Origin: an uncultured Planctomycetota bacterium
GTDB taxonomy: Bacteria > Planctomycetota > PLA2 > JAEUHO01
Length of the DNA stretch: 64,000 bases
Assembly (NCBI GenBank): GCA_963752285.1
Contig: CAVVXN010000002.1
Location: 512,001 to 576,000 of the forward strand
Reading direction: 5' to 3'
Shown here: in pieces, positions 10,280-20,024 of the stretch
Layout: every line of letters starts with the position of its first letter
Position numbering within the stretch: position 1 is the stretch's first letter
Notes under the pieces: generated by a model
Seen by the model: only the letters and a program-made list of their open reading frames with translations
Database searches by the model: none
Told to the model about the DNA's origin: nothing
Position numbers and translations under genes: made by a program

Positions 10280-10876
10280 ATGCGTGGTTCGAAGCTGCTG
10301 GTCGTGGTCGCCGTCGCCGTGGCGGCCGGGTTCTTCGGCGGTCGCGCCTGGACGGGCGAAGGCGACGGCGACGGGCCGGCGTGCGGCATGGACCCGGCGC
10401 TCATGCAGCCCGGGCCGGAGCACCAGCGGATGGCGGAGCTGGCCGGGAGCTGGGACGTGGCGGGCGAGTTCACCCAGGGCGGTCAGAGCATGAAGACCGA
10501 GAGCAAGGCGACGTTCGAGATGATCCTCGGCGGCCGCTACCTCGTCCAGAAGGTCGAGGGCGACGCGATGGTCCCGGGTGGCGAGCCCTTCGAGGGCCTC
10601 GCGATCGAGGGCTACGACAAGGTCGCCAAGCAGTACTTCTCGACCTGGTTCGACAACATGGGCACCGGGCACATGGACACGACGGGTCAGGCGTCGGCCG
10701 ACGGGAAGACCCTCACGATGTCCGGCGAAGCGGACTTCGGCCAGGGCCCGATGAAGTTTCGTGAGGTGATGACCCGCACGAGCGCCGACGCGTTCACGAT
10801 GGAGATGTTCGCCTCCGACGGTCAGCACGAGGGCGAGCAGCGCGTCATGAAGCTGAGCTACACGCGTAGCAAGTAG
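10280..10876 (+). CDS. Exported DUF1579-like protein
   Basis: PGPEH...LAGSW, ILGGRYL, GYD...YFSTWFDNMGT pattern; signal peptide; GAGGAGG RBS. Confidence 0.8.
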   Translation: MRGSKLLVVVAVAVAAGFFGGRAWTGEGDGDGPACGMDPALMQPGPEHQRMAELAGSWDVAGEFTQGGQSMKTESKATFEMILGGRYLVQKVEGDAMVPGGEPFEGLAIEGYDKVAKQYFSTWFDNMGTGHMDTTGQASADGKTLTMSGEADFGQGPMKFREVMTRTSADAFTMEMFASDGQHEGEQRVMKLSYTRSK

Positions 10877-10893
10877 CGCCGGCGGGCGATCGT

Positions 10894-10923
10894 CGCGCGG
10901 GCGGCCCTCGCGCCGCCCGCGCG
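10894..10923 (+). terminator. GC-rich hairpin downstream of DUF1579 gene
   Basis: 12-bp perfect stem CGCGCGGGCGGC / GCCGCCCGCGCG, 6-nt loop, no U-tract. Confidence 0.45.
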
Positions 10924-11242
10924 CCCCCGCTCTCCCGGCGCCGGGGGATCCGAGGCGGGCGGGGAAGGAAGCCCCGGGGCGGCCCGCGGGAAGGGGCACC
11001 CCGAGCGGCCGGAGGGCCGCGCGCCGCGGACCCGGCGCGGCAACGAAGTTGCCTCTCCGTGGATAGTCGGGAGCCGGCCCGAACGGGAGCGCCGGGCGCG
11101 CCGATCGGGGGAATCGGCGGCCACCCGGGGCGTCCCGAGGCGCCCCGTCGGGCCCGCGGCGGTCGGAAGCGACAGTGTGGCATCGGGTTGCGATCGAGTA
11201 CCGGTTCGGTCCTCGAACACATCCTTTTTCGGCGGTGTTTCT

Positions 11243-11258
11243 GGGTACGGGCGTTGCA
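11243..11258 (+). promoter_or_regulatory. Putative sigma-54 (-24/-12) promoter
   Basis: GGGTACG-GGCG-TTGCA, i.e. GG-N10-GC, about 70 bp before the ATG at 11328, in a locally AT-richer patch. Confidence 0.45.
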
Positions 11259-11327
11259 TTTCGCTGCCGAGAGGGAGTCATTCCTTCCTCCGCCCCGGCG
11301 GACGTCCGGGAGATCGCAGGAACGAAG

Positions 11328-13325
11328 ATGCGCTACACCGTCGTTTTCTCCTTCGTGGCCCTCGGTCTGCTCGCGGCGTGCGGCGGCGGCAGCGGCGCGG
11401 CGCCCTACGTCGCCCCGCCGCAGGACCTCGCCGCCCCGGCCGGGGTCGGCCTCGACGCCGCAGAGCAGCAGCTCACGGTGTCGTGGGACACCGTTCCCGC
11501 GGCGTCGGGCTACCACGTCTACCTCGCCGCCGCGGCGGGCATCACGGCGGAGGGGATCGACGCGATGCCCGGCGGGCGCGTCGTAACCGTCACCGACGCG
11601 ACGACCTTCACGTTCGCGGGCCTCGAGGCGGGCACGACCTGGTGCTGCCGCGTCGATGCGTACGACGCCGCCCGGCGGTCCGACCTCTCCGAGGAGGTCG
11701 CCGCGCTCCTCCCGCCGTCCGCCCCCACGGGGCTCGCGGTGGTCGCCGCCGACCAGGCGGTGCGGCTCCAGTGGAATCCCGCCCCGGGCGCGACGGCCTA
11801 CGACGTCTACGTGGCCGCGAGCCCGGACCTGACCAGCGCCACGTGGGCGATCCTGCCCGCAGGCGTGGCGTTCCCCGACGCCGTGAGCCCGCTCGTCGTG
11901 ACGGGCCTCGAGAACGACGTCCCGGTCTACCTCGTCGTGGTGGCCCGAAACGCGTCCGGTCCGAGCGCGGACTCGCAGGTCGTCTCGGCGACGCCCGTCG
12001 CCCCGCTGATGGTCGAGGACCTCTCGGGAAGCGAAGGTCCCGGTGAGGTGACGATCACCTGGTCGGACCTCGGCGAGGGCGCGACCTACGTGCTCTACGT
12101 CGCCACCGAGCCCGGCGTCACCAGCGAGAACTGGGAGAGCCTCGAAGGCGGTCAGCGCTTCGTGGACGCCACGAGCCCCTTCACGCTCTCGGACCTCGAC
12201 GCGGGGACGACGGTCTACTTCGTCGTGACGGTGCTCGACGCCGGCGTCGAGGGGCCCGCCTCGGAGGAGGCCTCTGCGACGCCGAACGGCCGCGGCACGT
12301 TCAGCGCCGGCGTCGCCCCCTCGGTGGGGGCGGGGCCCGTGGACCTCGCGCTGGCCGACCTCGACGGGGACGGCGCGCTCGACGTGGTGACCGCGGACCG
12401 GGATGACGAGACCCTCACCGTGCTCCCCGGTCAGGGCGACGGGCACTTCGGCACGGCCGTGACCGTGGACCTCGGCTCCGCCCCGGGGGCGGTGTCCGTC
12501 GGCGACGTGGACGGGGACGGCGTCCCGGACCTCGCGGTCTCGCTGCCCGACGAGGGCGCGGTCGTGGTCCTGGCGGGCGACGGGTCGCTCGGCTTCACCG
12601 AGGCCGTCCGGCTCGACACGGACGACGCGGCGGGGCGGGTGCAACTCGTGGACCTCGACGGCGACGGCGCCCTCGACCTCCTCGCCTCGATCCGCGACGC
12701 GGGGGAGGTCCAGGTGTGGCTGGGCGACGGCGAGGGCGGCTTCGACGCGACCGACGCCGTCGGCACGAGCGTCTACCCCGGCGGGTTCTCGCTCGGCGAC
12801 CTGGACGGGGACGGGGTCCTCGACCTGGCCGTGGCGAACACGGGCGACAACAGCGTTTCGCTCTTCGTGGGCCTCGGCGACGGCACGTTCACGAGCTGGA
12901 CGTCGCTCGGCGCCGCGCCCGAGCTCGGCGACGTCTCGCTCGCGGACGTAGACGGCGACGGCACGCCCGAGGTCCTCCCGATCGCGGGGAGCATCGCGAT
13001 GGTCGAGTGCTTCGCGATCGACGCGGCCGGAGACGTCGAGCGGGTCGCCGGAGTTCCCGCGGGCCTCCAGCCCTCGGGCGTGGCGGTGGCCGACCTCGAC
13101 GGCGACGGCACGATCGACGTCCTCGTCCTGAATCGGGGCGAGAACGGCGTGTCGGTGCTCCGTGGCGGGTCGGGCCTCGAGTTCACCCCGAGGCAGAGGA
13201 TCGACCAGATCGCGAACCCGACCGGTCGCGTGTTCCTCGTGGACCTCGACGGGGACGGACTCCTCGACGCGGTCTACGCCAGCGAGCCGGAGGGCCGGGT
13301 GCAGGTCCTCCTCGGCAACTCCTGA
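11328..13325 (+). CDS. Lipoprotein with fibronectin type III domains and FG-GAP/VCBS repeats
   Basis: Lipobox LLAAC; three FN3-like units (W...Y.VY...GL..G..Y); repeated DLDGDG.(L/P)D Ca-binding motifs. Confidence 0.88.
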   Translation: MRYTVVFSFVALGLLAACGGGSGAAPYVAPPQDLAAPAGVGLDAAEQQLTVSWDTVPAASGYHVYLAAAAGITAEGIDAMPGGRVVTVTDATTFTFAGLEAGTTWCCRVDAYDAARRSDLSEEVAALLPPSAPTGLAVVAADQAVRLQWNPAPGATAYDVYVAASPDLTSATWAILPAGVAFPDAVSPLVVTGLENDVPVYLVVVARNASGPSADSQVVSATPVAPLMVEDLSGSEGPGEVTITWSDLGEGATYVLYVATEPGVTSENWESLEGGQRFVDATSPFTLSDLDAGTTVYFVVTVLDAGVEGPASEEASATPNGRGTFSAGVAPSVGAGPVDLALADLDGDGALDVVTADRDDETLTVLPGQGDGHFGTAVTVDLGSAPGAVSVGDVDGDGVPDLAVSLPDEGAVVVLAGDGSLGFTEAVRLDTDDAAGRVQLVDLDGDGALDLLASIRDAGEVQVWLGDGEGGFDATDAVGTSVYPGGFSLGDLDGDGVLDLAVANTGDNSVSLFVGLGDGTFTSWTSLGAAPELGDVSLADVDGDGTPEVLPIAGSIAMVECFAIDAAGDVERVAGVPAGLQPSGVAVADLDGDGTIDVLVLNRGENGVSVLRGGSGLEFTPRQRIDQIANPTGRVFLVDLDGDGLLDAVYASEPEGRVQVLLGNS

Positions 13326-13348
13326 CGGTCGCCAGGGCGACGAGGCCC

Positions 13349-13375
13349 GGGCGGGGCCGGCGCGCGGCCCCGCCC
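13349..13375. terminator. Hairpin between convergent genes
   Basis: 11-bp perfect stem GGGCGGGGCCG / CGGCCCCGCCC with 5-nt loop. Confidence 0.55.
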
Positions 13376-13385
13376 ATGGCCGTCC

Positions 13386-16300
13386 TCATCGATCGGTGAC
13401 GGTCAGGCGGGTCTCGTCGGAGTTCGCCCGGAGCTCGGGGGCGTACATCGCGAAGCAGCGCGCGGGGAGCGCGTGGAAGGTGCCGGGAATCTCCGCCCGC
13501 AGCCGGTAGCGGAGGAGGTGCGATCCCTGGTCGATGGAGCCCACGAAGAAGGCGACCTTCTCGTCCCGGAGCTCCATGTACGACCAGAAGCCCTCCTGGC
13601 CCTCGCCGCCGCTTCGGACCTCCACGGGTTCCATCCCCGCGGGCTTCGGGTCCTCGAACGCGAGGTACGTGTACGTGTTGTCGCTCGTGACCTCGAGCTC
13701 GACCTGGATCACGTCCCCGCTCGCGACGGAGTCGCCGTCGTGGATCGGGACGCGCTCGTAGCGGAGCCGCCTCTCCTTCACCGGGTTCCTGTCGGCGCCC
13801 TCCACGGTCACCTCGAAGGGGACCTGCTTCAGGAGGAAGTACCGCCGCTCGATCTTCAGCTCGTGGCCGGCCGCGGTGATCGGCTCCTCCTTCGTGAAGT
13901 AGGAGAGGTACGTGTTCAGGTACACCGCGCCCGGGCCGGTCTTCGTGACCCGGAGCACGTGCTTCCCGCCGGAGAGCGCCACGCCCTCCACCACGAACCG
14001 GCTGTCGTACGTGAAGAGGTTGTCACGGGAGATCTTGACCTCCTTCACGATCTTCCCGTCGTCGAGGTCGAGGCGGAGCACGTAGTCCGGGCTCCCCTCG
14101 CCGCTCGCGCGCACGAATGCGCTCATCGCCGAGACGCACAGCGTCGTGTCCCGCGTCGAGCGCCAGTAGTAGCCGTTCTTCCGGTTGGCGAGCAGCCACT
14201 TCACGAGTCGCGGCGCGACCTCGCTCTTCGGGTCGATCTCGACGAGCGCACGGAGGGCCCAGGCGTTGGTCTCGATGTCGTTGTTCCACCAGAACCACCA
14301 GCCGCGGTCGGGCGTGCGGACCCAGGCGACCTGGGTCTCGTCGTTGCGCTCGAGCTGCTGCATGACGTTTTGGAGGCAGATCCCGGCGCGCTCGTCGTCC
14401 TTCAGGTTCGCGAACGCGAGGGCCAGGAGCGACTTCCCGTAGCCACTCAGGCGGTCCCGGCCCGCGAAGAGGCGGTCGAGCAGGTCGCCGGGACGCTGGT
14501 CGTCCTTCGCGGGCTCGATCTTCGCGCGGGCGCCGGTCATCGAGAGGACGTACGCGGCGAACGCGTACGTCTCGCTCGGCCCCCAGGATTTCGACGCCAT
14601 CTGGCCTTCGACCCAGCCCGTCAGGAACCGGGCCCCCCGCTCGACGAGCTCGTTCGGCACCGCGACGTCGGCGTCCCGCGCCGAGAGCAGCGCGAAGAGG
14701 ACGTACGAGGTGAGGTACGGGTTGGAATCGTCGCGGGTCCACCAGCCCCATCCGCCGTCGCTCTGCTCCATCGAGGCGATCTTCCGAAGGCCCGAGTCGA
14801 TGATCTTCTCGAGCTCCTGCGGGTCGAAGACGGGGCTCTCGGCGTAGTAGGCGCCGATGCGGTGGCCCTCGCCCGCCTCGGCCCGCCGGATCTCGTCCAT
14901 GCGGCCGCGGATGCCCTTCAGGTCGGCCAGGGACAGACCCAGGTCTTGGAGCGTCTTGCGCGTGAGCACTGCGGGCAGGAAGCGACTGACCGTCTGCTCG
15001 GTGCAGCCGTAGGGGTAGTCCAGGCAGTAGGGGAGCGCGTCGAGCATCGCGCCGACGAGCGTCGGCGCGTAGCGGACCTCCAGGCGCGTCAGGTCGGGCC
15101 GGCGCTCGTCGGGCACCTGGAGGGCGACCTCGAGCGCGCGGTCCTTCGGGTCGGGCCGGAGGGACTCCGTGCTCGCGACCTGCTTCGTCATGCCATGGAC
15201 GAGGACCGGGAACTCCAGGCGCATCGCGTCGGACTCCTCGTCCGTCTTCGCCGTCGCCGTGATCGCCGCCCGGCCCTCGCCGAGCACGCGGACGCGCCAG
15301 TCCACGCGCGCCTCGCCGCCCGCGTCCACGTCCACGCTCACCGTCGCCGGCGTGTCCTTCGAGAGCTCCAGCAGCTCCGACGGCAGGTCGATCGACACCT
15401 CGGCCCGCTTCGCGGTCTCGAGGTAGTTGTGCACGTTCGCGCTCAAGACCACCTCGTCGCGCTCCTGGAAGAAACGCGGCGCCTGGAGGCGGACGATCAG
15501 GTTCTTCGTCGTGACGTACGTGGTCGAGGCCTGTCCGACGCGCGTCTCCTTCGTCATGCTCCAGGCGTTGACCTTCCAGGTCGTGAGGTTCTCCGGCATC
15601 TCGACGGTCGTCTCGACGCTCCCGTCCTCGCCCGTCTCGAGCGTCGTCTGCCAGAGCGCCGTGTCCGCGAACCTCGTGCGGACCTCGGGCTCGACGAGCG
15701 GAGCCTCGCCCGCGGCGTCGAGCTTCCCGCCGGCCGGCCCGCTGGGCGGCGGGGCCGCGGCGCCGGCCTCCAGGGACTTTCGCGATCTCTCGGCCGCCGC
15801 CGCCGGCGTGCTCGGCGCCTTCGTCGCGCCCGCGAACCCGCTGGTGGCTTGGATTCCCCTGTCCCCGTCGCCCCCTTCGAAGTCGAGCCCCATGTCCTTC
15901 AGCTCGTCCTGGGCCCAGCTCTCGCGCGCGAGCTCTCCCGACACGCCCCAGGCGCCGAACCACCCCTCGGGCCACGGCCAGGTCTGCTCGTAGGGGCGGA
16001 GCACGCCGCCCCAGGAGGAGAGCTGTTCCAGCAGGTTCGTCTCGGTCACGGCAGTGTGCGCCCTCAGACGCCCGTGGAAGAAGGTCGCGAGCTCGGGCGT
16101 CACCTCGGGCTGGATGTAGAGCACGGAACGGTCGAACGCCGCGAGCGTCACCTGCGCCTTCGCGGGCGTCCCGTCCGGCCGGGTCGCCCGGACCCTCACG
16201 GTCGCCTTCTCGCCGGGTCGGTACGTCGCCTTGTCGGCAACGACCTCGACGTTCAGCATCCCGTCCTCGGGGGGCACGCAGAGCTGCACGACCTGATCGT

Positions 16301-19300
16301 GCACGTGCGCGTTCGCCACCGTGGTCGCCTCGACGAAGAAGTTCGGGACGCTGCCGTCCAGGATCGGCACGTCCACGACCGCGCTGCGGACGGGCAGGTG
16401 GACCATCCGCCAGGAGAGGATCGTCCCGTCGTCCACGCGGTCCGCGAAGATCACCCACGAGTCGGCCTTCTTCGCGTTGACCATCACGTGCGCGGTCTCG
16501 CCGGGGCGGTACGTGCGCTTGTCGGTGATGAGCTCCAGATCGTCGAACCGCTGGAGCTTCCCTTCGAAGTCCTCGCCGCAGACCCAGACGAGACCGTGGC
16601 CCCGGACCGTCCCGCCCCACGCGTCGGGGGCCTCGAAGCCGAGCTGGAGCTGGCCGCTCTTCTCGGGGCGGAAGCGCACCTCGGCGCGGCCGTTCGCGTC
16701 CGTCTCCACGGTCATCTGGTCGAGGCGGGTCGTCGCGATCGTCTCGTCGTCGGGCATGCTCCCCGCGCGTCCGCCGAAGCGAACGTCGTCGATCGTGAGG
16801 AGTCCCTTCGTCTGGACGGGCTTCCCGTCCGGCGTGACGCACCGGACCTCCACGACCATCTCCTCGCCGGGTCGGACCCAGCCCCTCTGGGCGCCGACGA
16901 ACGCGTACCACGCCTGTCGCGTCACGACGACCGCGCCCTCGCCCGAGATCACCCGGCGGCTCGCGTCGCGGACGTCGGCCTCGATGACGTAGCGCTCGTC
17001 GCGGTCGGGGTGGTCACGCTTCGCGTCCGCCGTCTCGATCTCGACCGAGAGCGTGCCGTCCGCGGAGATCCGGCCCGCGCCCTGCTGCACGAGCTCGCGG
17101 ACCGGGTTCGCCCGCTGGCCACCCCACCACCCGTACGGCGGCACCCAGCAGCACAGCCGCTCCCGCCACCAGGGGAACCACCCGTAGGAGTACCAGGGGA
17201 GACCGTAGCCGGGACCGTAGAGCCAGTCCCAGCGGCCCCCCGGGTAGAGCGCCTGGCGGTACTCCTCGCGGAAGACCTTGTACTGGACGTCGGCGTCGCT
17301 CACCGGCGCGCCGAAGTAGTACTTCGCCGTGATCTTCGCGGTCACGGAGTCGCCGAGCTTCACGTGGTGCTTCGACGGCTCGACCGTCACCTCGAACTCG
17401 GGCTTCTTGTACTCCTCTACGCGAAAGGTCTGTCCGCCCACGACGTTCGCGCCATGGACGTCGATCCGGTACACGCCGAGCGTCGGCTCCTCGCCGACGA
17501 CGAAGGAGCCGTCGAAGCCGCCGTAGAGGTCCGTCTGCCCGGTGGCTTCGTGGACCTTGTTCCCCCGCGGGTCGTACACCGTGACGGACCACGCCTCGTT
17601 CGGGAGGTCGCTGTACAGGCCCTGGCTGCGCTGGCGAAGCCAGACCTTGTACCGCACGGTGTGCCCCGGGCGGTAGACGGGCCGGTCGGTCGCCACCCAC
17701 GCGAACCGGCCCTGCTCCATCGCGGAGGGGCTGTAGGGCGAGTCGTAGTCCATGCCGGACCACGCGAAACGGCGGTCGTCGCCGGAACCCGCGGTCACGA
17801 GGACGTGGACCTGTCCGTACCGCTCCGTGCCCGGCGGCTTCGCGACCACGACGCCGTTCTCGTCCGTTTGGTACGTGGCGGTCGCGCGGTAGTAGTGCGA
17901 CTTGCGGCCCTTCTGGTCCCAGCGGTTCCAGAACTCGACGGCCTCGAGCTTCGCGCCGGCGACCGGTGCGCCGGAGATCGCGTCGGCCACGTAGTAGAGC
18001 CGTCCCTCCTTGGCCGGCTTCTCGACGAGCGCGAGGTCCGTCATCACGACGACCGCGCGGCTCACGCCCTCGCGGAGCGGGTCCTGTCCCGGCCCGGCGG
18101 CCGGCGGCTCGTCGAGGAAGGCTCCGATCAGGTAGGCGCCCGCGTGGTCGAGCGGCGTCACGATCGTCTTCTGGGCGAAGCGGTGGGTGCCATCGTCTTC
18201 GAGGTCGTCCGACCAGCGGGCCACCTCCGCGCCGACGTGCTTCTTCGCCACCAGGTACGCCCACTGATTGTCGTCGTACTGCTGCGTGAACCAGGCGTGC
18301 CAGTTGCCGAGCGACCAGACGTCGATGGGTCCCTGGAGCTCGTCGAAGGGCTGGTCGCGGACCTCGCGGAAGAACCCGTCGAGGTCGATCCGCCAGGCGA
18401 CGAAGTGCACCTTCGTGGCGTTCCGCCACGACACCTGGATCCGCGCGGGGGCGCCCGTCATCTGCACGCTCGTCTGGTTCACGTGGACCTGGCTCGCGCG
18501 GATGCGCTCGATCTGCTGCTGCGCGTGGGCGGCCCAGTCGGACTTGGGCCACCGCTCGCGCAGCCCCTCGAACTCCGCGAGCGCCGGCACGTACTGCTGC
18601 CGCGTCTGCAGGTGCAACCCGATCGCGTACGAGGCCATCGGCGCGAGCCCCGAGGCCTCGCCGACGCTCTTCGCACGGCCGAGCAGCGCGAGCGCGTCCC
18701 ACGCCCGGGGGAGGGTCACCCGGTGTATCCGGCCGCCCGCGAGGACCAGCGCCTCGTCGTCGCCGAGGTCCCACGGGCGGATCTCCTTCAGCTCGTCCTG
18801 GAGCGGATACCCGTCCCCCGACCACCATCCCCCCGCGATCCCCTGGAGCCTGTCCATACCGAAACGCGCGCGGGCGAGCATCCCCTGGCGATAGAGGCTC
18901 ATCGCCGTGGCGGCGTGGTCGTCGCTCTGGTCGAGACCTCGGATCTCGTCGAGGAGGTAGAGGATCTTCTGATCGTCGTCCGTGGACGCTTCGTAGGTCT
19001 TCGGTTTCACGGGGAAGAGCGGCGCGCCGTCGGGCCCGACGCGAAGGCCCGTCGGACGGTGGCGCCGGAGCTCCCAGTCGGAGTACATCTCCTGGAAGTC
19101 CTCCTCGCCGGCGGTATCTGCCGCGAGGTCGTCGCGCTCGGCCCAGTAGCCCCACCAGAACCCGCTGTCCTGCTCGTAGATCCCGAAGCGCGCGCACGCG
19201 CCGGCGAGGTCGAAGAGCGCCTGGACCCGCTCGGCGTGCCACCCCGCCGCGTCCTTCTCGCTCCCGAGCGCCTGGGCGAGCGGCTTCGCCTTCTCCTTCG

Positions 19301-19784
19301 TGTCGTACGCGGCGTAGAGGTCGCGCGCCTTCTCCAGATGGGCGACCGAGATCTTCTTGTCGTGGCGCGCCGAGCGGAGCTGGATGCCCTGGCGCCACTC
19401 GCCCCGGTAGAAGGTCCCGCCCGATCGCGTCCCCCAGTGCGGCACCGAGACCCAGAGGTCGCCGGCGAACCGACGAGCGCGGGCCTCCCACGGAGAGCCC
19501 TCGGCGCGCCGGACCCAGCCCTCGGCGTCGTCGAGGGCCGCGTCGAACCGCTGGAGCCGGACGTGACACGCGACGAGGCGCTGGGCCAGGCGGCTCACCT
19601 CCTTCGGGTCGGTGACCTTCGGGAGGGCGGTGGCGTAGATGTCGGCCGCCTCCTGGTAGTTCTTGTCCTGGAACAGCTTCTCCGCCCGGGCGAGGTCCTC
19701 GTCCGACCGGGCGGGGGCGACGAGCGCGAGGCCGACGAGCAGGAGCGAGAGGAGCGCCAGCAGTCGGGCCGGGGCGATGCGCAT
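13386..19784 (-). CDS. Bacterial alpha-2-macroglobulin family protein (~2130 aa)
   Basis: Signal peptide; TDRPVYRPG, EEYKKPEF, VRTRFADTALW, MPENLTTW motifs; thioester motif YPYGCTEQ; C-terminal AMYAPE. Confidence 0.95.
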   Translation of the reverse strand: MRIAPARLLALLSLLLVGLALVAPARSDEDLARAEKLFQDKNYQEAADIYATALPKVTDPKEVSRLAQRLVACHVRLQRFDAALDDAEGWVRRAEGSPWEARARRFAGDLWVSVPHWGTRSGGTFYRGEWRQGIQLRSARHDKKISVAHLEKARDLYAAYDTKEKAKPLAQALGSEKDAAGWHAERVQALFDLAGACARFGIYEQDSGFWWGYWAERDDLAADTAGEEDFQEMYSDWELRRHRPTGLRVGPDGAPLFPVKPKTYEASTDDDQKILYLLDEIRGLDQSDDHAATAMSLYRQGMLARARFGMDRLQGIAGGWWSGDGYPLQDELKEIRPWDLGDDEALVLAGGRIHRVTLPRAWDALALLGRAKSVGEASGLAPMASYAIGLHLQTRQQYVPALAEFEGLRERWPKSDWAAHAQQQIERIRASQVHVNQTSVQMTGAPARIQVSWRNATKVHFVAWRIDLDGFFREVRDQPFDELQGPIDVWSLGNWHAWFTQQYDDNQWAYLVAKKHVGAEVARWSDDLEDDGTHRFAQKTIVTPLDHAGAYLIGAFLDEPPAAGPGQDPLREGVSRAVVVMTDLALVEKPAKEGRLYYVADAISGAPVAGAKLEAVEFWNRWDQKGRKSHYYRATATYQTDENGVVVAKPPGTERYGQVHVLVTAGSGDDRRFAWSGMDYDSPYSPSAMEQGRFAWVATDRPVYRPGHTVRYKVWLRQRSQGLYSDLPNEAWSVTVYDPRGNKVHEATGQTDLYGGFDGSFVVGEEPTLGVYRIDVHGANVVGGQTFRVEEYKKPEFEVTVEPSKHHVKLGDSVTAKITAKYYFGAPVSDADVQYKVFREEYRQALYPGGRWDWLYGPGYGLPWYSYGWFPWWRERLCCWVPPYGWWGGQRANPVRELVQQGAGRISADGTLSVEIETADAKRDHPDRDERYVIEADVRDASRRVISGEGAVVVTRQAWYAFVGAQRGWVRPGEEMVVEVRCVTPDGKPVQTKGLLTIDDVRFGGRAGSMPDDETIATTRLDQMTVETDANGRAEVRFRPEKSGQLQLGFEAPDAWGGTVRGHGLVWVCGEDFEGKLQRFDDLELITDKRTYRPGETAHVMVNAKKADSWVIFADRVDDGTILSWRMVHLPVRSAVVDVPILDGSVPNFFVEATTVANAHVHDQVVQLCVPPEDGMLNVEVVADKATYRPGEKATVRVRATRPDGTPAKAQVTLAAFDRSVLYIQPEVTPELATFFHGRLRAHTAVTETNLLEQLSSWGGVLRPYEQTWPWPEGWFGAWGVSGELARESWAQDELKDMGLDFEGGDGDRGIQATSGFAGATKAPSTPAAAAERSRKSLEAGAAAPPPSGPAGGKLDAAGEAPLVEPEVRTRFADTALWQTTLETGEDGSVETTVEMPENLTTWKVNAWSMTKETRVGQASTTYVTTKNLIVRLQAPRFFQERDEVVLSANVHNYLETAKRAEVSIDLPSELLELSKDTPATVSVDVDAGGEARVDWRVRVLGEGRAAITATAKTDEESDAMRLEFPVLVHGMTKQVASTESLRPDPKDRALEVALQVPDERRPDLTRLEVRYAPTLVGAMLDALPYCLDYPYGCTEQTVSRFLPAVLTRKTLQDLGLSLADLKGIRGRMDEIRRAEAGEGHRIGAYYAESPVFDPQELEKIIDSGLRKIASMEQSDGGWGWWTRDDSNPYLTSYVLFALLSARDADVAVPNELVERGARFLTGWVEGQMASKSWGPSETYAFAAYVLSMTGARAKIEPAKDDQRPGDLLDRLFAGRDRLSGYGKSLLALAFANLKDDERAGICLQNVMQQLERNDETQVAWVRTPDRGWWFWWNNDIETNAWALRALVEIDPKSEVAPRLVKWLLANRKNGYYWRSTRDTTLCVSAMSAFVRASGEGSPDYVLRLDLDDGKIVKEVKISRDNLFTYDSRFVVEGVALSGGKHVLRVTKTGPGAVYLNTYLSYFTKEEPITAAGHELKIERRYFLLKQVPFEVTVEGADRNPVKERRLRYERVPIHDGDSVASGDVIQVELEVTSDNTYTYLAFEDPKPAGMEPVEVRSGGEGQEGFWSYMELRDEKVAFFVGSIDQGSHLLRYRLRAEIPGTFHALPARCFAMYAPELRANSDETRLTVTDR

Positions 19785-20024
19785 GCCAACCTCCGGGGGA
19801 GCGGGACCAGGAGCCCCGCGGGAGACGAGACTCCAGCAGAGCCGGCCGGCGGATCCCACACAAGACTCCCCCGAGCCCGCCCGGGTTCCCGGACATGTCC
19901 CCGACGGGCCGCCGCGAACCGGGCTGGACGCGCCCCCCGGCGGCTCGATCATCCGGCGCGCGGCCCCTCCCTTCGGGCCGGCGCGGAGGCCGACATCCCG
20001 GACGTCGAGATCCGAAGCCGCGGC

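Noticed and set aside
11178..11191. TGGCATCGGGTTGC as a second sigma-54 site
   Set aside because: GG-to-GC spacing is 9 nt, not the required 10
13473..20024. Very long + strand ORF (2482 aa) and many other long Arg/Gly/Pro-rich overlapping ORFs throughout the track
   Set aside because: Antisense or off-frame shadows of real genes, expected in very high-GC DNA; only the last ~298 codons of this ORF (EamA) look real
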